DNA of 64,000 bases from NCBI RefSeq assembly GCF_037042905.1, contig NC_087245.1, forward strand, positions 38,318,001 to 38,382,000, read 5' to 3'. Numbering within the stretch: the first letter of the stretch is position 1; each line of letters begins with the position of its first letter. This DNA is from Lytechinus pictus (Eukaryota). A program made the position numbers and the translations under genes. Positions 28,001 through 42,679 of this stretch are shown piece after piece. The notes below the pieces were generated by a model that ran no database searches, was not told the DNA's origin, and was given only the letters and a program-made list of their open reading frames with translations.

Positions 28001-31000
28001 CATAATAATATAGAGTATTTCTAAAGCACCAAATCCACAGTAAGTGCTCAAGGTGCTGAGAAAATGAAATAAGATTACATGGAGCAGCAAAAGACAAAGG
28101 ATAAAAGAAACACAATCATGACAATGAGAGGAAACTACATGAAGGCAATTTTTAAACAATCGATATTTGAAATACGACGAATGGAATATGGCAACTGATT
28201 CCACAGGGAAGGTCATAGTACGTGGAAGATAATTAAAAATAGCTTACTGGCAGAGTGAGAGGAACCCTAGGGAAATCACTGTCAACCTTGAACCAAGCAC
28301 TCCATTCATCAAGCCACGCCCCCTCTGCAGCTGATTGGTCACATAAGGCAAGAGATAGGTAATGGAACGATCCTGTTGGCTGGCTACACGCTGGGCTACC
28401 CCATTTGAGGTGAGGGGTGTGTTCTGATGACTTGGAGGGAACGGTGACAGCCTGGATGGTGTTTGCTTGGATGACAATCTAGATAGATTAAAAAGAAATA
28501 AAAGAATAAAAGTGGGAATATCAAATATTCTACTGCAAATATGGATAAATTGCATTCATGATTCTATTTTGGTGTCAGTCAAAGGTCATTTTTAAAGGTT
28601 TATAATTACCTGGGGCCAGTCTTACAAGGAGATGCGATCGAACTGATCAATTGCAACTATGGAAAGCCAGCAACATCAACATCTAAAATACATGTTTGTT
28701 CAAAATATCTTCTAGAAATGAGGTATATTCATACATTCACTGTTTTCTTGACAATTTAGTATGCTTTTCTTTGTTTTCAAAGGACATTGAGCAAATTTCC
28801 AAAGCAAAAAATAATGACATTGATGGATTTCCATATACTTGAGATTAATCGGATTAATCGGATCAATCGTAACTCTTTGTGAGACGAGCCCTGGTCTACA
28901 TAGAGCAGGTGTAATCCTCAGATAGCCTAATACCACATGGGCTAAACCTATTTGGTCTAATTGCTGCTTGGTCTACACTACACTTAATCTAGTACATGCT
29001 TATCATCATATTCCCATTAAGTCTAATACCCAGTTGGTCTAATTTCCATTTAATCTACTGATCATTTTGTACATTGTTAGATGAAAAATTTAATGCAAAA
29101 AGGCCATATTCTATAAAGGGGTCTCAATTATACCATGGTACAAAACCATTATTTCATCGCGTACACTAAGATAATCAATGCACACTTTCAGCAAAATATA
29201 CCTAATTGAAGCATGATAATGTGAAGTCTGCATAAACCGTGGTTTTGTACCATGGTACAATTGAAATCTCTTAAGAATGCAGGCTAAAATATTCGTCTTA
29301 TCATACAGACAAAGTGGATATTAGACGAAAGCCTGACTTGAAATGAGAAATAATGACAAATGGGATAAATGGCAATTAGGCCAAATGGTTCATAGACAAC
29401 TTGGTCGTAAATGTTTTAGGCAAACTAGGATGAGACCATGAGGGATAAGACCAAATGGAAAGAAGATGGAAGCGAGTGTGGACCAAGTAGCAATTTACCT
29501 TTTGTATTCTGTTCTCCTAGATGCCCTCCACAAACGCAAAGAACATTATTTAAGTTTTAAACATCAATTCAGCTTCTCCCATTACATTTGTGAAATTGCA
29601 ACATTTCTGCGCATAGAATAATGGCATGAAATGTAAATTGGGGAAATCAAGTGTGTTTTGGTTTTCACAGGTGTGTATCTTATGATTATTTACATCTGGG
29701 ACAGACCGTCATCACCATGTCTCCTCAAGTCCTTCTTAGCCAACCTCTAAATGTCTCACCTTTTCTTCTGATCTGAGGTTGACCATTCTTATCTTGAGAT
29801 CATGTTTAGAGTTGTTTCGGAAGACGAATCTTGGTCTGATTGTTAGGATTCTGATTTGATGCTTCACTGTCGACTGCATTACAACATGGACAACCTGGAG
29901 AGGAAAAAGGTCAAAGGTCATATTTTATCTTCCCAAAGGCAATCTCATAAAACTTGTTTTTTTCATATGATATAATTTTCTTCTGGAATTATCCTTCTAG
30001 ATTTATAAAATAAAATAGTAAACTGGATTAATATGGGGATATTCCAGAGAATACAAAGTGCAACGATTACTACCCCCAGCTTTAGCTTGAGCTTCTGATT
30101 CATCAGCAGAGCTCAATGCATTAAATCCTGAAAGTTATCCATTCACCTCACCATGGTTGAGTGCAGCACAATGTGGATCAATCTATTGCTCAAGAAAACC
30201 CCACCATGGCTGGGATTTGAGCCCATGGCCACCCGTTTAAAAGATGAGAGTCAGAATCACTAGACCATGATGCACCCAGATACAAGGGCCATTAGAGAGA
30301 ATATGTGAATAAAAACAAAATGATCACCTTCTGTGTTCCAAGATGGACACCCCTGCTAACAAGTTCAATGGTCCCATGGTCCTCTGGTTGTAGCTGCAGT
30401 CCCTGGACTGGTTCATTTTTCTTTGGAGGGGTGCTGACATCATTGAGGAAATTCACAGAGTCATTATACACATAGTCCTCCCCTTCATGAGATAGACTCA
30501 AGGACAGATTGGCCTAGAGATTAAAAGAGAAGAATCTAAAATCTGGGGCCCATAACACAAAGCTTAGCAATCATCATAGAATATTATTTATGATTGATTT
30601 TATTGACCACAATGTACAATCAATTGTGGAAATCATGTTTAATTCTATCGACTACAATGTACAATTAAAGGTATTGTTTAACTTTGTGAGCAGCCGATTT
30701 AAAAAATTCTCAAACCAGGATGAAACATGTGTACAAGTGCATGTATTAGAACTAATAAACCCTGAAAACAACCATTATTGAGAATGAAAAGCTAAAACTA
30801 CAAGGCAAACCCCGATTTTGTAAATAGGCGTCTTATAGACGCCTAAATAGTACACATAAGTGTATGGGATGAAATTGAGATGGTGTTTTTGGTCACTTTA
30901 TATTTCAATTTTTGAAGTACTAAATAATTATTTTCGAACGCAATTTTTTCTGGGCTTCATTTTTGTAACATATCACAGACACAGGTGACAAGTGTGACCT

Positions 31001-34000
31001 TCTAGCTCAGATTTTCAAAAAGTCAAACCAATGTTAACCAATCACTTTAATTGTGAAAATCATACGATTAATTGCTAACCTTTTTGTTACTGAGCCCTGA
31101 TGTTTTGGGGGGTGATTCACAAAGATTTAAGTGTGACTTAGTTTCACGCCTTAATTTTCAGTTGCGTGCATTAGGCATCACTTCATTTGTCAAATCATTT
31201 TAACAGGATGTGCACTACTGCGTACATCTATCAGTCAATTAGATCACGTGTTACATATCACATACACGTCAGCATTTAAGCATGACTCCTAAGTCACACC
31301 TAACTCTTTGGGAAACACCCCCCCCCCCCCCGATTTAATTTTCCTTTAAAAAAAAAGTACTCACTTTGAACTTTTGTGGTGCACTGGTGGTCCTTGCAGT
31401 CACCTTGGTAGATTTACCCCCTTCTTCCATAATGGTGAAGTCCATGTCTGTCTCATTCACTACCCAAAAACATGGCATGATCTCTACCCTGATGGTGTTG
31501 ACCTTTGACCTGTGTTGGACCATTCCAACCTGGAGACTGGCCGAGGGGTGTCCAGCAGCTTCTGCTGAATGAGGGGCAATGGTGACACCCTGCAGGGACG
31601 ATGCATGCAGCTTGGAGCTGAATGAGAGAGGTGATCATAAAATCATAATTTACTAATTTAGTCAGACTGTAGGGAGAAGAGACAGCCAACATTGCTGGGC
31701 GATCTTGCAATATCAAGATCATGCGATATTGACATACATATTGCATATTCAATAAGGATTTTATGATTGTATTGATATATTGCGGTCACACAATATGACG
31801 AAAATATTATCGATTATGAAGAGTTAATCACCATCTATTGGCCTCAAAAGCGGCTCTGTATTGCTTTAAACCAATTCAGAAGTTTGTAAGTTGGTGTAAG
31901 TGCCAGCTTTCAGGGACAAACACTGATGGAAGCCTTACTTTCATTCCCCCTTTCCTGCTCTCACGGATTTGCAGCTCGTAATGAATGTATCTAATGAATA
32001 TTCATACACATGTTGTATCCTGTTATCGGCAAAATTTTGCTGGCGATAATCGACTAACGTTGATCGACAGACACTAATAGCAATAGAAGGCACATGAAAA
32101 AGGCAGGGGACAGAGAGGGTAGGGAAGGGGTGAAGAGGGGTAGGGTGGGATTGGAGGAGCTGGAGGCATCATATGGAGAAAGGTGGTAAGAGTAATTGCT
32201 ATGCCAGATAAATCTAGCCAACCCCAAATTCAGGGACTAAAATAAGGATTTAAAGCCTGAATTTCTACTCCTACTCTTAACCCTAATATAGTCAGCATTT
32301 TCTGACGTCATTTTGGGGGGTATCTGAATAGGGGAATATCAGAATTAAGTATTAAAAAAAAAACTATTTACCAGTTAACTTGATTTCCGCTTATTGAAAG
32401 AAGAAAGTAATTCAAATCCCCATTTACCTGCTATAATCGGGATGGTTGTAAGGCCAGAACTTGGTCATATCGAGGTCATCTTGATTGTCGGCTAGTCTCT
32501 TTAGTCCCATTGCCTCATCTGGGTGGTGGGTTATATTCTCAAACATCTCGGTAGAGATGCAGACAGCTGCAGAGCTGGAGCTAGCTGCCACGCTCTCACT
32601 AAATTTGGTAATATTGTAGAGAAAAATGTAGGTTTTGGTCATTATCTAATTGAAATTCGATGGAATTCAATGGATGGGAACTCGATAGTTCTGCAAGATA
32701 TGTCTTTGTAAACATAAGGGAAGATTTACAGGGATTAGTATGTATCAACACACATCAACAGAGTCATATTTTTTCACATACTCATATCTCCCTCATTTTC
32801 TAAATAAAGAAAGATGATACCAATGAATTCAAATTGATCAATGTTTTTTTGTTGTTTTTACATTCATATGTAGTATGTCATGGTGTGACATAGCATTAAA
32901 GGTTGTTGTTACATGTAGATCAGGGAATTATCATTACCTCTGATACCTAACAACATGTATTAAATGCAATTTGCATTCAGATTATGATTTATGAAGTTAA
33001 ACTCGGTAAATATTGTAGTCCCATATGTAGATTTTCATGGTGTTGACCAAGTGTAAAACGATCAATAACGATCAAAACGATCATGAAATCAACGATTGTT
33101 TTCAGTTAATGTTGCAACACCAAGAGCGCTATATTAAACGTAATGACCCAGGCCTAGTTTCACCACAGATTAATTACTAGCTACACAGCTATTGCATTTA
33201 CAATTTTAAGCAAAATCTACAATTTAGCATAAGTGTATTGTATTAAATTGAGCTCCTCTAGGAGAACGATTCTGAGGAGCTCAATTGAGCTCCTCGAAAA
33301 AATGAGGAGAGCGATTTATTGAGCTCCATGAAATTATAAACATGAAGGACTGCTAGCATCGTGAAGATCACCTATACAGATAAGCACACGTGGGGCAGTG
33401 AATTTTTCATTGCTTAGAGAAAGACCACATACACTGCTGGAATGCCAGGCCTACCCTGCCCCTTTCTCAACAATTACACATTTTCTCCCAGACCCATTGG
33501 CCCGTATTCTGAAGTCAGGTTTAACTTAGACCATGGTCTAACTCTGTGCTAAAATTATGGGAAGCCAAAAGTGTCAAAATTTGTATGTTTCTTATGTTTA
33601 TTGTGCTTTTTCCTGATTCATCGACGGTGAAGACAATCATCTATTTGTACTTCCTAAACAATTATTAATGATTTGAGAGCCAAATGAGGTGAAATATTAT
33701 ATCTCTACTGTCAGTGATTTATGTAATAATTGGCTATCCATACATAAACCACAACTTTAAACCAGAGTTTAAGTGAAACCCGACTTCAGAACATGGGCCA
33801 TTTTGTACAAGTTTTCTCTTCATACATAGCAACACTCAGTGGCGGACCGTGACCCGGAGGAGACAAAGCATTGGGGGGGGGGGCACAGCATTGTTCACAA
33901 ACAATTCAAATTTCAATTCAAATTCAAATTCAAATTCAAATTTATTTATTTCACTTCCATCAATTGTACATACATGAATTGTATACCATATATAAACATA

Positions 34001-37000
34001 AATATTTGTATACGTTGCAAAAAAGGAAATAATGATACATATGTTGTGAAAAGAAAAAAAAAACACTTGGACAATTTGGGCAACACATTGTAGGTTTTAA
34101 ATAAGTATACTATTTTTCAATAGAAATTAAATTAAGATGGAAATGGAGGGACCCACTAAAAAGCAACGCTTGTACAATGTGGGCCCCTCAAAAAATAGAT
34201 AACACAACAAATAACAAAATAGCAAAGTATAAATACAGATAATCAAATGAGAAAAAAATCAATAACTGAGAGGGAAATACTCACAAAATAAATACAAAGT
34301 TATCAAAAATATACAGTTAGATAAAGGACAAAACAACCCGTCCTAAAAATATCCACCCTTCCCCACCCCCCCCCCCCCAGAAAAAGAGAAGGGAAAAAAA
34401 AAAGGAGAATGCCCTGAGAAGATGGATGGGTGTTGTTGTATGTAGATAGAACACATGCCGTCGTGGACTCAAGCAAACTGGATTCAATGATGTGTATAAA
34501 AGGAGAAAAAGTATATAAAATAACCTGGAAAGAATATAATGCACGAAAAATGTGATTGATGCCGTAAACAAATAACCGGTAGGAAGGCGGATAAGCGGAC
34601 AGGAGAGGAGAAAATAGAGGAGAGGATAGACACAATAATGTATGAGGTTCAATAATGAGCACATCGGAGAAGGACTTGTGTCAGATTTTTTTTTAATAAA
34701 AAAAAGGATAATAATTATTTTATGTTTTAATTGTAGTCTTTAAAGTAATAATGATGACTTGACAGAGATGATGAATTAAACTTAATTTGGGAGTATATTA
34801 TAAGGTTTTAATAGAGATAATTTGAATTTAGTCTTAAAAGAGTTCAAAGATGTTGCATTTGTTGTATCATTATGAAGTGAGTTCCATAACTTCGGTCCAT
34901 CATATATAAATGTGTTCTGAGCCCGCAAAGTTCTTAAAAGTGGTAAATGAAATTCACCCAATCGCCTTGTTGGATAGTTGTGAATGGATTGATTTTTTTG
35001 AAAAATTGAATTGAATACATTTGGGAGGTTGTTGTTGTTATAGTTATACATAAACTGACCGAGATTAAACAAATATAAGTCTTTAATTTTCAATATTTTA
35101 TTTTCAAAAAATAATGGGTCAGTATGAGACAAATATGCCGTGTGACATATAATACGTAGAGATTTCTTTTGTAATAGGAGTAATTTGTCTAAGAGTGTTT
35201 GTTGTGTATTACCCCACGCTAAAATTCCATAATTTAAATAAGGCAATATAAGGGATGAATATAATGTCAGCAGAGACGATAATGGTAAACAAAATTTAAG
35301 CTTGTTAATTATACCAATGTTGCGTGAAATAGTTTTACATATGTTATCTATGTGAAATTTCCATGAGAGCTTATTATCGACTATTATTCCAAGAAACTTA
35401 ATATGGGATACATTTTCCAAGGGAGTTCCATCAAAAATAATATCAACAGGAAGTGTATTTATAGAGTTGCTAAACAACATATATTTTGTTTTTTGAAGAT
35501 TTAGTGACAATTTATTTGCTCTGATCCATTCGGTGACATTTTCTAGTTCAGAGTTGATTATATTGGCAAGGTGAAGAGGATTTTTATGTGAAAAAAATAA
35601 GTTGGAGTCGTCCGCAAAGAGAATGAAAGAAAGAACATCTGATGATCTACAAAAATCATTAATATAAACTATACAGTGCCCCTCCAATGCTTTGTCTCCT
35701 CCGGGCCACGGTCCGCTACTGGCAACACTGGTGGCAATTTTATTGGATTTTGATCTATCTTATTGCTTAATAGATTGTTACTATGACCCCAAGAAAAGAC
35801 CTACCTGACAGAGGTTAGCGTGAGACTGTACCATGATAAAGGAGGGATCTGATAGAGCTGTTGCAATGACCCTTGACCTCTGACCTCTACGACCTGTGTA
35901 TCATTGCCCCGAGCTGCTTGACAATGAACGCTGACTGGGAACGGGAGGTGACTCTGGAGAGTGAACAGAGGGCTGAAGACAACCTGTCAAAAGAATGATT
36001 AAATTCACACCTTATTTTCATATTCTGAGGGATGTCTGTTACCCTGACAACCATGTCTGTAACGCACATCCCTCCACTCCGAGCAAGCTGCTCCGACCAA
36101 TGTGGAGCGTTGTGGCCCGGTGGATTAGTCTTCTGACTTGGAAACAGAGGGTCGTGGGGTCGAATCCCAGCCATGGCGTAATTTCCTTCAGCAAGAAATT
36201 CATCCACATTGTGCTGCACTCAACCCAGGTGAGGTGAATGGGTACCCGGTAGGAAGAAATTCCTGGAGTGCTTGAGCGCCTAGGCAGCCCAGCTAAAGCC
36301 GGGGTAATAATAATAGCAAGGCCCGCTGGGAAAACAACTGAAGTGGCTTCCCTGGGTAAATATACCTATGTTATTATTATTATTATAATCGCAGTCTGAC
36401 CCCTGAACTTTGACACAAACCCCTATGATGTCATCATCGCTGCTGGTCAAAGCAGGATTTTTGTTTTCTCAGATTGGTGGGATGAAAAAATTCTCTTTCT
36501 TGAGCATCTTTCATCTGTCATTCCAAATTTAGAGGGGTTTTCACTAAACAAACACATGGCGGCCTGCACTGTGTTGAACATGATGATTGTGAAATGTGTG
36601 CAAATGAATTGTTCAAAGTTTCGCTTTGTTCAGTTAACGTTCAATATCATGTGAAAAGTGCTAATATCAATCATGAAATTTATTAGATCTAAACCAGTTA
36701 AGAATGAATTCATTTCTCTTTCGTGAAACACTTCTGATAAAATCAAACTTGGTTCCAACGAAATCAGTCAGGAAACAGCGTTTTGGACCATAACGAATCA
36801 GCAATAATTTCCATACACAACATACAGAATAAAAATACATACCAGTCTCTGTGTATTTCCATCGTGAGTTTCCGTGAAGATTTGGCACCAGAAATAGAAT
36901 CTCCTACCATCAGCACATGGCACCTGAACAAGCAAAATAGCAGAAATTTATTGAAGATAACACCACTATTACAAAAATAATAACTTTTCTATACCTTTTA

Positions 37001-40000
37001 TGATAGTTTTGTTAACCAATGTTCACCCAGATGTTAAATGGATACCCGGTAGGATGCCAACGTCAATGTAATTAGATTGGCATATGTGCTCCAGTAAAAA
37101 ACGCTTGCCTGGCCATGATACTCCCCAGGGAGTGGAGAAAGTGCATTTTGAGTGTGGAACAATCTGGATCCCATGACTGGGTTAATAATAATTACACTGT
37201 AAAGCGCTTAGAAGTATGAAGTGCTATATAAATGTAACTATCATTGTTATTATTATTCAAATGTGGTCTTCATGATTTAATCATGATCGGGGAATGCTGT
37301 ACAATATACAATGGGTAGCAGAGTAGGATCATATAAGACTATGATCTGGGTGGCAGTTTCATGGAGCTATTTACAAGTTATGAGCAATTTTTTAAGTGAC
37401 TGGTGATCCTCACTTGTGGTAAATGAAGAACATCAAATTTTCTATAGTGTTGATCTAGTGCCTAAGAAAGGGTCACCAGTCATTCGTAAAGTTGCTTTAC
37501 AAACAGTTTTGTGAAACACCTATCAGAATCCTCTAATCAGGTAGTGGTGTAAAGCACTTAGGGGGTGTTGCAAGAAAATATTTGCGATCAATTGCAAATA
37601 TTCTGTTGCAATTTTACAACTGATAGATCAATGTTAGCTGTAGCAAATCAGATTAAACTTCTTGTTCCAAGGAGCAGATTAGCAATCAATCACTAATTTG
37701 CAATTAACTACAAGACATATGATTGATTTAGGGATCAAAATAGACTTGCAATTGATCGCAAGTTTCTTGCAACACCCCATTAGAGACATCATTCAAATGT
37801 ATTAAATACACAAAATAAAAACAGCATATAATTGCCATTATTACAATGAACAATGAACATTTCTATCTGACGTAAATATCTATAATTCTTAAAATTACGT
37901 GGGATGTCTGTTACCTTGACAACCATTTCTGTAGCACACATCTCTCCACTCAAAGCAAACTGCTCCGACCAATCGCAGTCTGACCCCTGAACTTTGACAC
38001 AGACACCTATGATGTCATCGTCGCTGCAGGTCAGAGCAGGGAGGCTGGAGTTGGGTTGGAGTGACCTGGTCTCCTGGACGTTGGAGCTGGACCGAGGGGA
38101 GGTCTGGGAGAATGACCTCCGTGTGACCTGTACATCCAGCGGGATGGTCAACTGGTTTGAGAATGTCTGGGTACCCGTAATGATGATCTAAAGGATTGGA
38201 AACAAAAAGAAACTCATCAGGGCCCTGTCTTACAAAGACTTACAATTGATCCAATCAATCGCAAGTCTATGGAAATCCTTCAGTGTCATAATTTTTTTCT
38301 ACAGGAAATTTGCAAAATGTCATTTGTAACAAAGGCAAACACACAAAATTGTCAAGAAATCAATGAGTTTATGAAAATACATCATATCTAGAAATATTTT
38401 TGAACAAACATTTATTTTTAGATGTGGGCGTTGCTGGCTTTCCATAGCTGAGTTTGATCAAATAAATCGCAACTCTTTGTAAGACGGGGCCCAGGACTCA
38501 CTTTCACTTAACTCTTCATGATGTTATGAATGACTTAACAAAGAATTACTGGAATATTCATTACCAAGATGTGAGATGAAAGTTTCTCTCAATATATCAA
38601 TAAACTATGACTACATTTTAACGAAAATATATTTAAAAAAAGAATATATGAATGAAAGACATACTCAACTTGCTATAAAACAAGTAACTTAAAAAGTTTT
38701 GAAAAAGTTTACCTCATTGAACCCTTTTCAAATATCTCATACAGGCTCTAAGAAAAAAATCATATAATAATAATAATAATTCTTTTTGAGTAAATAGTGC
38801 TCATCACTTCCATTGTCAAAACTGTGCAAAATTAATATTGTTAAAATAAAGCCCTAAATACACCAAAATCACTTTTCCGAGGAGCACCGATGAGCCAGAT
38901 TTAAACAGTGAGGGCTTACTTGTCTCTGAACGGCGGTGATCTTTCTGATTTGAATGAAGATAGTTGCTGTATGATCTCTATTATGAAGGACCCGTACTGT
39001 CGTATCTCCATCCTCACCATCAATACTGAATGGCTCTGACCAACGGAAGTTACGCCAGTTTTCCATACAGACGTGAAGCTCCTGTAAGGGGGGGGGGGGG
39101 GTGGGTGTTCACGAATAATAAGTGTGTTTTAAAATTGCAATCAATTTCCTGGTCACATGCGGTAATGTATATCAATTAATAATGGAATCGAGTGTTGAAT
39201 ACCATGGACTGTTCTCTGAACTCCATTTTGATTTAAACCATGGTCTTTAATTGTGGTCTCGAGGAAACAAAACCCCCAATGAGGCAATCAATGTAATTAC
39301 TAAACTGGTATTTGGTTTGAAGGAATTCCTTGAAAGCTTGAGCGCCCCATTAGGAAAGCTGTGCTGTAGCCGGAGTAATATTATGCTGCATTTGGTGCTA
39401 TAGAAATACATATTATAAGAGAATTTGCATTTATTCCACGGCCCATATTCTGGAGTCAGGTTTAACTTAAACTCTGGTTTAAAGTTGGGGTCTAACTATG
39501 GATAGCCAATTGCGACATAAATCTCAGGCAGTGTAGTTTCAATATCTAAGCTCATTTCACACTCAAATCATTCTTTCAATCATCAATCAGTCTTGGGAGG
39601 ATAAACAAAATACTTGTTTTCACTATTAGGAAAGAGCAATGTAAACATGAGCAAAATAAAATGTAAACAACAATTTAATGTCTTTGGCTAGGCATAATTT
39701 GAGCACAGAGTTAAACTTGACTTCAGAAAACATGGCCTATATAGTTGAATCTCACTTGTTTCTCTTTCTTATGAGTCCTCCAGCTGTACTCATGCATCTC
39801 ACCGCTCTTTAGAACCACCGATTCATCAGTATGCACTTGACCAAAGCGAAGTGCCTGATTGGTTGAATTGCAGATGAGGTAGTGTCCATAGAAAAGTCGT
39901 TCCGCCTCTGGCTCCAGATTCTGGAAAATAGAGATTACATTACCGATAATACACTTATCGTTACATTATTCAGAGATATGGGCGATGTGACATAAAGCTT

Positions 40001-40945
40001 AGGGATCGATCGTTGGGCTGATTTCTACGATTGCTGCATTGATTATTGTGTATGATCAATCATAAAGATCAGCCCCACAGTCAACCTCTAAGCTCCTCCT
40101 CCTCCATCCTCCTCCTCCCCCCTCCTCCTCCCCCCTCCTCCTCCCCCCTCCTCCTCCCCCCTCCCCAATGTGTTATTAGAATATCTGAGAGGTAAACCAT
40201 AGTAGAAGTAGAATATAAAAGGCGAGCCCCTATAGAGAGATTATTTATACAGTCCGACCTCTCTTATCCGGCCTCCCCTTATACGGATCTCTCTATTATC
40301 CGGACGCACACTTGCCAAGATTTTTTTTCAATTCAATCTAGTACATGAGGAAATGAGATTTCAATCTAAACTCAATCCTATACGCAAATTCACTTTGATT
40401 ACATATATTTTCCAATATAGTCTACCTACAACAACATTATTTTTCATGAAAATATCTCACCCAAATCACCGAAAGAAGTTAGGCAGGATAATTTTCCTGT
40501 AAATCAGGGCGCATCGCAAACATTTCATCACGTTCTCTTTTTGTTTCCCGGGAAAAACAACACATGTCTCGCTAGCTAACGCTAGGCCTCAATACGGACA
40601 GCGCCATCTATCATGTTTGAGCCTACAGTCAGTATAACAACGGCTGATATTGCAAAGCTTACCTGCTTCCATGCTTGGGCCACCTTGCTTAGAGTATGAA
40701 CCGTTCCTTGGCCCGCAATGAACGTCATGTTACTAAATCCCAGTTGGCCTTCAATATCCACCAGACTGCGGAAGCTGTACCCGAAGTCAGTCTCCACTTT
40801 CTCCAGCAGAGGTGACATAGTTAGGTTGTGGTAGTTCAAGAGGTCAATTTCTAGCCCAGAGGTCCCCTGTAAGTGATTGTAATAATAATCACAATTAAAA
40901 TAATAATAACAATAAAAATGATGATGATGATAATTGATGATGATG

Positions 40946-40982
<37 letters not shown>

Positions 40983-42648
40983 CAATAACAACAATAATCA
41001 TCCTCATCATTCACTTTTATACAGCGCTTAAAGTTAAAAGACAGTAATTGCAGCAAACAATTATTTCATGAGAAAGTCTTTTAAATGAAGGATAATTGTC
41101 TAAATATTATACATCTAGATCTGGTACATGTACATCAATGTAAACTTATCTTTGTAAAATCATGAAATCTTAGCTCAAAATGGATAATTCTGATGATCAC
41201 TAACACGGAAAAGCATATGTGGGACAGTGTATTAATATTGCTTTGAAAATACTTGACATTTGATGGAATTCCGTGTTTATTTTGCTCATTTCTCAGCAAT
41301 TACACATTTTCTTCCAGAGCAATTCGGCACATATAAATTTATTTATACATACAGACACTTTGGTGGTAATTTCATTGGATTCTGCTCGAACTCATTTTGA
41401 GATCGTTACCACAACTACATCGGAACAATCTCTCTAAACGCTTTACAAATATAATATTACCCCGGTCATGAGATCCTGGTATGCCCACACACAATGTATG
41501 CACTTTCTCCACTCCCTAGGGAGCATTCCAACAAAAAAAAGAGTTCCAAGACTCAATTGCTAGGCATACTAAATATATAATCATGTATATGATTATACAC
41601 ATACATATGGCTATACACATGATCAATGAATGATGATGTGAAATCCAGGGAAGTATTTCTAGGAGCGTCCTGTCAGTGATTTTATCCTACAAATTTGCTC
41701 TCAGGGTCATTCCATCTGGATTCACCCAGTGGTTGCACCCGACCTCTCAGTTTTTGTTGTAAATTGGTACACATAAAATTCCCCATGGCCAAAGAACAAA
41801 ACAAAAAAAATTAGTCCAATCAGTCCGTCGGTTCTTGTGCTACGGCCTGCCCTTTTCTCCTTGTTTTGACAAAAATGGGCGTGACCTTCAACTTTCAATG
41901 GCCATTGCGTCGTAACGTGTTGACCAATTTTCGTGAAACTGGTACCATTCAAAAGGAAATTCAGAAAGGAATCCAAAACATGCATCAAATAATGTATTGG
42001 AGCGATTTATAAGGTAATGACCTTTGACCTTTACCTCGACCTTGAGTTGATCCCCGGACAAATAATTTTTAAACTTGATTTTCGTGTATGTTAATTATTA
42101 GTATATAATTGACAAAATATGTTAAAACCAATGATGATATTGTATTTCTTCACCTTTTAAAACTCTTCCAAAGATACCAATTATCTGATCAAATTTGACA
42201 ATTCCTACAAACTATAGGCTTGCAATTATCTAACATTTTCAAATTAGTTTTCTAATAGTTACCCTGGATCTCAAATGAGATTATTCTATATGTTTATAAT
42301 ATTAGAAAATGTTCACAATGCTGTATCTCTCACAATCGAGTCGTATGGACGAGTCACGAGGTGTGCAAAGATTTTACTCACACAGATTCTGGTCCTTGCA
42401 TGAACTCCACCATAACTCTCAACATCCAGTCTGGTTTCTGTGATGTGAGCCACCATGAATTCATGGCTCCTGGGGGTACTTTCATCTGGAGTGAAACCTT
42501 TCAGGTACTCTGGTATACCTGCATACCAACATGGATGATGGAACTTTTATATTCAAGATTGTTTCGAACATGAGCTTCAGCGTAGAGGATTATCCTTCAA
42601 TCGTGGGGGGGGGGGGGGGACATCTATTGTTGCATCACCCCCCCCCAA

Positions 42649-42679
<31 letters not shown>

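Noticed and set aside
34782..35687. Domesticated or novel reverse transcriptase gene
   Set aside because: It lacks the N-terminal RT motifs and has a LINE 3' UTR and tail; the nominal start lies in the MITE TIR.
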